Shown here: positions 15,564 through 23,263 of the stretch, one piece after another | Layout of the letters: each line of letters begins with the position of its first letter | Numbering within the stretch: the stretch's first letter is position 1 | Assembly (NCBI GenBank): GCA_964358555.1 | Contig: CAYHQZ010000004.1 | Span: 1 to 39,196 of the forward strand | Direction: 5' to 3' | Length of the DNA stretch: 39,196 bases | DNA from: an uncultured Planctomycetia bacterium | Lineage (GTDB): Bacteria > Planctomycetota > CAYHQZ01 | Position numbers and translations under genes: made by a program | The notes under the pieces: model-generated | What the model saw: the letters and a program-made list of their open reading frames with translations, nothing else | Database searches by the model: none | What the model was told of the DNA's origin: nothing

Positions 15564-18181
15564 GGCGCCGGCTCCTCGAACCGGGCCCTCTCCTTCGCGT
15601 ACCAGTCCTCGATATCCTTCGCCCAGACCTCGCGATGCGACTCGGGTTTCGCCGGATCGAACGGGAAGTCCCGCCGCAGGACCGATTCCAGCGCCCGGTG
15701 CGCCCACTCGCGGCGGGCGGGCTCGCCCGTCCGCAGCTCGGCCGCAAGGACGGAGACGACCCGGTCCGGATGGAACTGCGCCAGGGCCGCCGCAACCCTT
15801 CGCCGGACGTAGGCGTCCTTGTCGCCGAGGGCCTCCAGCAGCGGCGAAACGGCCTCGGGGTCCTCGAGGCGGCCCAGCGCGCCGGCCGCCTCCGCCCGGG
15901 CGAGCCAGTGAGAATCCCGGAGGACCGGACGGACGTCCGCCGGATCCGCCCCGATCCTCCCCGCAACGAAACAGGCGCAGGCCCGCACGATCGGATCGCC
16001 GGACTTGAGGGCGGCCGGGAGGATCTCCTTCGCCGCCGCCGGCTCCAGCCGCAGCAGCCCGAACGCCCCGCGCCGGCGGGTCGGGAGGTCGTCGGATGCG
16101 ATCTCGGCGGGCGGGTCCGTGGAGTCCGGAATCGCGTTCCCGATCTCCTCGAGGATGTCCCTCGCGTCTCCCCGGATCCCGGCCTCCGGCTCGGCCGCCC
16201 CCGCCACCCGCGCGCCCACGAGACCGATGGCGGCCTCCCCGCCGCGCCTGCGCAAGAGTCCCAGCGTCCGGCGGCGCAGTCGTGCGTCCGGCGAGGCGAC
16301 GGCCTCGGACAAGGGCTTTCCCACGGCCTCCCACGACATCGCGACGAGGGACTCCTCCGCCATGTCGAGGATCAGGAAGTCCGTCTCGAGCACGTTCGGG
16401 ACGAGGACGCGAACGCCGGCCTCGCCCTGGGCCTCGATCGCGCGCAAGGCCTTCCGCCGGACGATCCGGTCGGGATCCCGCAGGGCGCGCTCGAGCCTCG
16501 GCAGCGACGCCGGCCGCTTCAGCGCTCGCAGATCGTCGGCGACGATCCGGCGCACGCCCGGATCCTCGTCCCGGAGCGCCACCGAGAGCGGTTCCTCGGC
16601 GCGGGGGTCGAGGATCTGGCCGAGGACGGCGGCGGCATTGCGCCGGACGGCCGTCCGCGCGTCCCGCATGGCGAGCAGCACGCACGGGATCGCCTTCGCC
16701 TCGACCGATTCGGCCTTGGAGCCCGCCAGGATCGCCTCCATCTTCACGTCGTCGAAGGTGTCCTTCGTGGCGTCGAGCCGGGGCTTTTCGTCGATCATCT
16801 CGAGGGCGAGGGAAATCCGGTTGCGGCGGGGCAGATCGGCTTCGGCCCGCAGCGTCGATACGAGTTCGGGAATCGCGACCGGCCCGATCCCGGCCAGCGC
16901 GAGCGCGGCGTTCCGCCGGACCTCGCCGTCCGCATCCGCGAGCGCCTTCACGAGGGCCGGGATCGCGGATTCGTCCCGGAAGGCGCCGGCCGCCCGGACA
17001 GCGGCGGCCCGGACCTTGGGATCGACGTCGCCTATCAGCGGCCGGACGTCGGGGGCCGCCTTCTTCGCCTTCGCGGCGATAAGGATCCGAACGGCCGAGC
17101 CCCGGACGATCGGATCCTTGTCCTTCAGGCATCCGACGAGGGCGGAAACAAGCGAAAGGTCCGGCATCCGGGCCAGCGACTCCAGCGCCACGATCCGAAG
17201 CGCCAGGTCGTCCGCCTTGAGCGCCTCGGCGAGATCGCCCCTCGCCTCCTCCGCCCCAAGGACCCCGAGGCCGGCCGCGGCGAGCCTGCGCGCGTAGGGC
17301 TTCCCCTTCCGGAGCATCTCGCGAAGCCCCGGAACGTCCCGCGCGGCCTTCATCCGCTCCACGAGCGCGATGAGCGCCGCCTCCTCGCCCTGCAGGCCCC
17401 CGCGATCCCCCGCCGGAATCCCCAGCCGATCGAGGATCTTCTCGATCCGCCGCTTCACGGACGCGTCCGGCAACGTGGCCAGTTCCGAGATGAGCAGCGC
17501 CGCCTGCCCCTTCCCCGACGCCACGATCGCGTCCGACGCGGCCGCGCAGACGGCCTCGTCCGTCCCCTGCAGCCCCTTGAGCAGCCCGGGCAGGACCCGC
17601 GGGCCCCCGATCCCGGAGAGGCCCTTCACCGCCGCGAGCCGGACGGAGGCGTCCGCGTCGGAGACCGCGCGCTCCAGATCGGGAATCCGGTCGGCGCCGA
17701 AACGCGCAAGCCTCTCCACCGCGGAGCGCCGGATCCGGGGCGAGGCATCCGACGCCCAAGCCTTCGCGATCTCAAGAATCCGTTCGGGCGCCAGCGCGTC
17801 CAGCGCGGCGAAGGCCGCCAGCCTTCGAGCGTCCGTCTCCCCCGGAGCGGCCTTCGAGGCGAGGAAATCGATCGAAGATGGCCCGCGGTCCCGGAGTGCC
17901 GCCAGCGTGTCCTCCCCCGGCTTCAAGGCATAGGCCGAGAACGCCCGGCGGATCTGGATGCCCTCCCAGTTCGCAACCACGAAATACCCGCCCGCCCCGA
18001 GCACCGCCAGGAGGATGCCAAGGATGACCAGCCGTTTGCCCCGCCTGCCCGGAACCGCGGCAGGCCGCTTCGCCTTTTCCTTCCCCCCCGCCCCCTCGCC
18101 CGGCCGCGCGCCCCCGGAAGGTCTCCCCGGATCCGGCTTCGGCCCCGGCTTCGGTGCGGGCCTGAAAGGAGGCTTTTGCAT
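15560..18181 (-). CDS. Membrane-anchored HEAT-repeat (PBS lyase-like) protein
   Basis: Pro/Lys-rich N-tail, one TM (LVILGILLAVLGAGGYFVVA), then many L.D.D..VR..A..AL repeats. Confidence 0.87.
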   Translation of the reverse strand: MQKPPFRPAPKPGPKPDPGRPSGGARPGEGAGGKEKAKRPAAVPGRRGKRLVILGILLAVLGAGGYFVVANWEGIQIRRAFSAYALKPGEDTLAALRDRGPSSIDFLASKAAPGETDARRLAAFAALDALAPERILEIAKAWASDASPRIRRSAVERLARFGADRIPDLERAVSDADASVRLAAVKGLSGIGGPRVLPGLLKGLQGTDEAVCAAASDAIVASGKGQAALLISELATLPDASVKRRIEKILDRLGIPAGDRGGLQGEEAALIALVERMKAARDVPGLREMLRKGKPYARRLAAAGLGVLGAEEARGDLAEALKADDLALRIVALESLARMPDLSLVSALVGCLKDKDPIVRGSAVRILIAAKAKKAAPDVRPLIGDVDPKVRAAAVRAAGAFRDESAIPALVKALADADGEVRRNAALALAGIGPVAIPELVSTLRAEADLPRRNRISLALEMIDEKPRLDATKDTFDDVKMEAILAGSKAESVEAKAIPCVLLAMRDARTAVRRNAAAVLGQILDPRAEEPLSVALRDEDPGVRRIVADDLRALKRPASLPRLERALRDPDRIVRRKALRAIEAQGEAGVRVLVPNVLETDFLILDMAEESLVAMSWEAVGKPLSEAVASPDARLRRRTLGLLRRRGGEAAIGLVGARVAGAAEPEAGIRGDARDILEEIGNAIPDSTDPPAEIASDDLPTRRRGAFGLLRLEPAAAKEILPAALKSGDPIVRACACFVAGRIGADPADVRPVLRDSHWLARAEAAGALGRLEDPEAVSPLLEALGDKDAYVRRRVAAALAQFHPDRVVSVLAAELRTGEPARREWAHRALESVLRRDFPFDPAKPESHREVWAKDIEDWYAKERARFEEPAP

Positions 18182-18204
18182 CGTGATGCCGGAAGTCTAC
18201 CGCC

Positions 18205-19992
18205 TCACGCCGCGGGCAGGCGGAGGACGAACGCGACGCCGCCGGGGGTCGTGGACTCGAGGCGCAGCTCTCCCCCCATCGCCCGGGCGAGCCGCCAGGA
18301 AAGCGCGAGGCCCAATCCCACGCCGGGGGCGGATTCGGCGGCCTCGCGGGCGGACTTGGAGAACGGCGTGAAGAGGCGGCGGACCTGCTCGGGCGGCAGG
18401 CCCGGCCCGTGGTCCCGCACGCGGATGATCGCGCCCCGGCCGGCCCGCTCCGCCTCCAGATGCAATCGCCGGTCGGAGGCGCCCGCGGCGTACTTGCAGG
18501 CGTTGTCCACGAGGTTGAAGAGGATCTGGTCCACCGCGCCGGGGTCCGCCCGGACGTCGAGCGCCTCCGAAGGCACGCCGGAAATCTCGAGGGAGAAGCC
18601 GGCGGGGGCGGCCCGCGCCGCGAGGCGCTCGCGGCAGCCCGACACGAGGGCGTCGAGGCCGACGACCCTTGCGCGATCGCCCAGGCGGCCGCGCTCCAGC
18701 CTCGCGTAGGCCAGGACGTTCTCGACGAGGGCCGAGAGGCGGTTGGACTCCGACTGCAGGGTGGAGAGATACTCCGCCCGGCGCTCCTCGGGCACCATCC
18801 CGAGGGAGAGCATCTCGGAATACATCCGGAAGGTGGTGAGCGGCGTGCGCAACTCGTGGGTCACGGCCGACACGAACGCCCCCCGGCGCTCCGAGAGCGA
18901 AACGGCCCCGTGGAGCAATGCCGCGACGGCCGCCCCCGCCAGCAGGATCCCGGCCCACGCGGCGCCGAGGACGATCCGGAGCGGCGAGGGGGGAAGCGGC
19001 GGCGTCGGAACCTCGCCCGACTCGAGCCGGACGGGGAGCGACGCGAGCCTCCGGCCCGGCTCCGACGACGGCCCGGGCGAGGCCGCGACGAGTTTAGCGG
19101 CGGGCAGGAGGTCGCGCACCTCGTCCAGGAGAGCGCGCCGGATCGCCTCCCAGTCGAGCCAGCAGCCCTGGATGACGCTCCCCTTCCCCCGGGAAATCCG
19201 GCGGGCGAGGACGAGCGTTCGATCGATCCAGAGAGGCTGGAGGCCGGCGCCCTCGTTCGGCGCCGCGAACGCCTGATCGGGATCGTTCAGGATGAGATTG
19301 TCCCCCGAGGAGGCGACCTTGACCCGGCCCGCCCGGCTGCCGAACTCCCGGCTGCTCTGCACGTCCTGGTGCTGCGCCGCCTGCTCCCGCTGGACCTTCG
19401 CCAGGCCCGGCCCGAACGCCTCCTGGGGGTTCGGATCCGGCGGCGCCAGGAGCGCCAGGCCCCGCGTCGGGGGATCGGCCTTGCTCATGTAGGCTTCCAA
19501 CGCGATCGGCTGGACGAGCCGGCGGAATTCCGCCAGCCGTGCGTCCGCTTCCGAAATCCTGCCGGCGCCGAGGATCCGCTCGGCGAGGGCGCGCTCGGAC
19601 TCGACAGGGGATTGCGGGGAGGCGATCCGGTCCTTAGGCCCGGCCTCGAAATGGAGCCGGACGAACGGGGATCGGAACGAAAGAAGCGGCGAGGCCGACA
19701 CCACCGCCCCCGGCGCAAGGGGCGAAAGGGATTTCCCGAAGGCCCGCTCGATGCGCGGGAAGGACGCATACTCCGCCGGGGGCCGGCCGCTCTCCTGGGC
19801 CAAGAGCGGCGCGAGGACCGATTCCATCCGCCACAGCGCGAGGCGCACGGATTCCTCGGCGTCCGCGCGCCTTCGTACCGCGCGCTCGGCCGCATCCAGC
19901 CGAAGTGCCGCGAGACTCAACCACCCCATGGCCGCGAGCCCCACGGCCAGGCACGCCCCGAACGCAAGCCACGTCTTCCAGGGCCGGTTCAC
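18205..19992 (-). CDS. Sensor histidine kinase (HisKA + HATPase)
   Basis: Two TM segments, H-box FVSAVTHELRTPLT, N-box NLVDNACKY, DHGPG, GVGLGLA. Confidence 0.93.
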   Translation of the reverse strand: MNRPWKTWLAFGACLAVGLAAMGWLSLAALRLDAAERAVRRRADAEESVRLALWRMESVLAPLLAQESGRPPAEYASFPRIERAFGKSLSPLAPGAVVSASPLLSFRSPFVRLHFEAGPKDRIASPQSPVESERALAERILGAGRISEADARLAEFRRLVQPIALEAYMSKADPPTRGLALLAPPDPNPQEAFGPGLAKVQREQAAQHQDVQSSREFGSRAGRVKVASSGDNLILNDPDQAFAAPNEGAGLQPLWIDRTLVLARRISRGKGSVIQGCWLDWEAIRRALLDEVRDLLPAAKLVAASPGPSSEPGRRLASLPVRLESGEVPTPPLPPSPLRIVLGAAWAGILLAGAAVAALLHGAVSLSERRGAFVSAVTHELRTPLTTFRMYSEMLSLGMVPEERRAEYLSTLQSESNRLSALVENVLAYARLERGRLGDRARVVGLDALVSGCRERLAARAAPAGFSLEISGVPSEALDVRADPGAVDQILFNLVDNACKYAAGASDRRLHLEAERAGRGAIIRVRDHGPGLPPEQVRRLFTPFSKSAREAAESAPGVGLGLALSWRLARAMGGELRLESTTPGGVAFVLRLPAA

Positions 19993-20696
19993 GTGGAGGG
20001 TCCTGATGCCGCCAGGCGGTAGCCCTTGCCGCGCGCCGTCTCGATCACGCGCGGGTGATCCGGATCGTCGCGGAGCTTTTCCCGAAGGCGCGCGATGTGC
20101 ATGTCGATCGTCCGCGTCTCGACGCCGGACGGCTCGATGCGCCAGACGCGGGCGAGGATCTCGTCGCGGGAGATGACGCGCCCGGGATTGGCCGCGAGGT
20201 GGCGCAGGAGGGCCGATTCCCGCTCGGAGAGATCCTCGCGCGTGCCGTCCTCGAACCGGACTTCCGACCGGGCGAGATCCGCGAACCCGCCGGGGACGTC
20301 GATCCGAGAAACGTCCGTGGGGCGCTCGGGGGAGCGGCGCAGGACCGCCTCGACCCGCGCGAGAAGCTCTTTCGCGCTGAAGGGCTTCACGACGTAGTCG
20401 TCGGCGCCTTCCTTCAGGCCCGCGACGCGATCGCCCTCGGCGCCGCGCGCCGTCAGGATGATCACGGGCAGCGTCGGGCGGGTGCGCCGGACCTCGCGCA
20501 GGATCTCCATCCCGTCGGCGCCGGGCAGCAAAAGATCGAGCAGCACGAGGTCGCAGTCCGCCTGGACCGCGATCCGTTTCCCCTCGTCGCCTCGGGCCGC
20601 GGAAAGGGTTTCGTAGCCGGCGAACCGCAGGGCATCCAGGACGCCCCGCCGGATCGCCGCGTCGTCCTCCACCACGAGGATTCGCCGGGCGGGCAT
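19989..20696 (-). CDS. OmpR/PhoB-family response regulator
   Basis: ILVVEDD, LLDLLLPGADG, LTA, GADDYVVKPF, RTIDMHIARLREKL, TARGKGY. SD GGAGG precedes ATG 20696. Confidence 0.95.
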   Translation of the reverse strand: MPARRILVVEDDAAIRRGVLDALRFAGYETLSAARGDEGKRIAVQADCDLVLLDLLLPGADGMEILREVRRTRPTLPVIILTARGAEGDRVAGLKEGADDYVVKPFSAKELLARVEAVLRRSPERPTDVSRIDVPGGFADLARSEVRFEDGTREDLSERESALLRHLAANPGRVISRDEILARVWRIEPSGVETRTIDMHIARLREKLRDDPDHPRVIETARGKGYRLAASGPST

Positions 20697-20754
20697 GGTG
20701 TTCTCCTCCCGCGGCAGTCTACCCCGCCGCGCCCGGCGACGGATGCGCGGCCGG

Positions 20755-20773
20755 GTAACGGCGCTGTAACGGC
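20755..20773 (-). promoter_or_regulatory. Putative OmpR-family binding site (direct repeat)
   Basis: GTAACGGC at 20755 and 20766 (11-bp period), upstream of a minus-strand TAGACT -10 (20716-20721) and the regulator gene. Confidence 0.5.
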
Positions 20774-20782
20774 CCTTCGCTC

Positions 20783-23263
20783 TTACGGGGCGCCCTTCTT
20801 CCAATCCACGGACATGATCTTCCGGATCTCCGATGGTGCCAGGCCCCGGGCGCCGGGCACGTGGGAGGCGGGGGCGCCGGCAGGAACGAAGGCAGCCGGA
20901 TCCGCGTGGCAGGACTCGCAGGCGCGAGCCTCCTTGCGGATGGCGTGGGACGAGAGCGGCATCCAGCCCGAAGGCGGCGGGACGGGGGGAACGACGAGCG
21001 GCGCCGGGACGCCCTCCGGCGGGGCCCGCGGGGCGGGAATCATCGGCGAGAGGCGGCCGGCGGAGGTCCATCCGAGAAGCGGCCGGCCCGATTCGAGGAC
21101 CTTCGGCGCGAGGACCCAGCGCCAGGGCGTCGTCTCGCCGTCCTGGAAGTTCCACTGCCCCCGGGCGTCGTCGGGGCCCGAGATGGCGGCGGGGCGGTCG
21201 GGATCGGTCCCGAAGAGGCGGAGCGTCGGAATCGGCGCGTCTCGCGTCCGGGAATCGGCGGCGTGACAGGCGATGCACTCCAGCCGCTCCATGTGGGCCG
21301 CCACCCGATGCGCGGCCTGGGCGCTGGAGGCGTCCGGAATCCGCCGCGCCCGGCCCCCGTCCGATGGCTTGAAAAACCAGGCCCCGTGGCGCCGGTCCAG
21401 CACGATCCCTCGGGGCGGCTGGGGCGCCCGGGTCGGCGTCGCGTGGCAGGAGACGCACCGGACGGACGTGTCCGGGCCCGCCCGAAGCGCGACCCGCCCG
21501 CCGCCGTGAACGTCGGTCCCCCGGTGGCAGTCGGCGCACTCCATCCCCCGCTCCCGGTGCACGCCGGGGGCGGAAGGCTCCCAGAACCGGCCGAACCGCC
21601 GCATCGCCCCCGGAATCCGGGCGTCGGTCTCCTGGCGCTCGACGAGCCCCTCGAAGCCGGGCCCGACGCTCCAGGCGCAGTGGTGGCAGGCGAGGCAGGC
21701 CGCGCTCGCGGGCTTGCGAACGATCGAATGGCGCTCCGGGCGGACCCGGAAGACCCGGTCGAGGTGGCCGTTCGCCTCGTCGGATTCCTCCGGCGGCAGC
21801 GTGGGATCGCCCCCCTTGTGCCCGCCGGACGGCGAAACGGACAGGTGGCAGGCCGCGCAGCCCCCCAGCCGGTGGCCGCCCCGGGCGGTGGATTCCATGC
21901 TGACGGTCCGCCCGCCGCCGCGGATCCGCGTGTCAATCCACAGATGGCAGGACGAGCAATTCTTCGCGGCGTAGTCGAGGGTCCGCCCCTCGTAGGTCAG
22001 CAGATCCCTCCGCGGATCCCCCTTCGGCGGGAAAGGGGCGAGGCGAACGGACCCGTCGGCGGCCTCCGCCGGCTGCGCGCCGAACAAGGCGGCATCCTTC
22101 GGGGCGGACGGCGAGAAGCGACGGACGGAGGCCATGACCCCTGCGGCGGTGGCGTGGGTGGACAGGAGCGAGCGCGCCGCGATTTCCTTGTGGCACTCCC
22201 CGCATGTCTCGCGCGCGACGGGGAAATCCGCGGGGCGCACGACGAGGCCGTCGTGGGCCTGGAACTGGGCGTCCAGGAACGCCGGCTCCGCGAGCATCAC
22301 GCGCGCCCAGCGATCGGCCCAGTCGGCGTCCATCCGCCGGACGATCTCGCGCATCTCGTCGATCGGAAGGTCGTCGGGCAGCGGCTGGAACCGGCCGTCT
22401 TTCCCGCGCATGGCGTAGCGGGGGTCGTCCTCCTCGAGGGCCCGCTGGAGTTCGGAGGCGGCCCGGCGGCGCTCGACGAGGCCCGGCAGGCCTCCGGCGA
22501 ACCGCGCCTCCCACGCGCCGAGGACGCGCGCGAAGGCCTCGAAGGATTTCCCGCGCGAGCGCTGGGCGTCGAGGAACATCCGCTGGAACGCGAGGATGTT
22601 CGCGTCCGCGCCCTCCTCGGCCTTCGCCCGCAAATCGGGCATCGAGCCGGTCCGGATGGGCTCGAGGAAGCGGCGCCGATCCTGCGCGAGGGCGTTGCGC
22701 GCGAAATCCTCGAGCGACAGCCCCGGGATGTCGCGCGCGAGCGCCGCCGAAAGATCCTCGAACGCCCGCCGGCGATCCTCGGGGGTCCGGGGGCCGCCGG
22801 GCGGCTGGTTCGCAAGGCGCTGGAGGGCGGCGCGGAACCGGATGCAGCGACCGCCGGTCGCCGGATCGAGGTCCAGCAGGAACTTCAGCATCGTCAGGGC
22901 CTCGAGGTCGACCCCCTCCGGAAGCCTCGATGCGATCTGCGTCCGCTCCCGGAGCGCCTCGAACCAATCCCGCCACGCCCGGACGCGCATCCGGGCCGCC
23001 CCCTCCGGAACGAGCGTCCGGCGCTCGCGCAGGTAGGCGGCCGCATCGCCCGCGAAGGCGAACTCGGGACGGCCCCGGTGGCAGTCGGCGCAGGCCGGCG
23101 TCCCCTTCGCGGGGCGATGACTCGGCTCGATCCCGGCGTGGCAGGAAAGGCAGCCTGCGTCGCGGGACGCGGCCGGGACCGGCGCGCGCTCGCCCCCGGG
23201 GGGCGGGGACGGGGCGGCGGCCGCGAGGAAGAGCGCGGCGGCGGCCGTCCGGAGGCGCCTCAC
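20783..23263 (-). CDS. Decaheme cytochrome c (826 aa) with a large helical insertion
   Basis: GTG start 23263 overlaps the upstream stop, followed by a signal-peptide-like N-terminus. 10 CxxCH: CLSCH, CADCH, CGECH, CSSCH, CAACH, CLACH, CADCH, CVSCH, CIACH, CESCH. Confidence 0.85.
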   Translation of the reverse strand: MRRLRTAAAALFLAAAAPSPPPGGERAPVPAASRDAGCLSCHAGIEPSHRPAKGTPACADCHRGRPEFAFAGDAAAYLRERRTLVPEGAARMRVRAWRDWFEALRERTQIASRLPEGVDLEALTMLKFLLDLDPATGGRCIRFRAALQRLANQPPGGPRTPEDRRRAFEDLSAALARDIPGLSLEDFARNALAQDRRRFLEPIRTGSMPDLRAKAEEGADANILAFQRMFLDAQRSRGKSFEAFARVLGAWEARFAGGLPGLVERRRAASELQRALEEDDPRYAMRGKDGRFQPLPDDLPIDEMREIVRRMDADWADRWARVMLAEPAFLDAQFQAHDGLVVRPADFPVARETCGECHKEIAARSLLSTHATAAGVMASVRRFSPSAPKDAALFGAQPAEAADGSVRLAPFPPKGDPRRDLLTYEGRTLDYAAKNCSSCHLWIDTRIRGGGRTVSMESTARGGHRLGGCAACHLSVSPSGGHKGGDPTLPPEESDEANGHLDRVFRVRPERHSIVRKPASAACLACHHCAWSVGPGFEGLVERQETDARIPGAMRRFGRFWEPSAPGVHRERGMECADCHRGTDVHGGGRVALRAGPDTSVRCVSCHATPTRAPQPPRGIVLDRRHGAWFFKPSDGGRARRIPDASSAQAAHRVAAHMERLECIACHAADSRTRDAPIPTLRLFGTDPDRPAAISGPDDARGQWNFQDGETTPWRWVLAPKVLESGRPLLGWTSAGRLSPMIPAPRAPPEGVPAPLVVPPVPPPSGWMPLSSHAIRKEARACESCHADPAAFVPAGAPASHVPGARGLAPSEIRKIMSVDWKKGAP

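Noticed and set aside
15560-18181. Periodic sequence similarity that could suggest a repeat array or CRISPR
   Set aside because: Explained by protein-level HEAT repeats. No identical DNA repeats with spacers and no cas genes were seen in the window.
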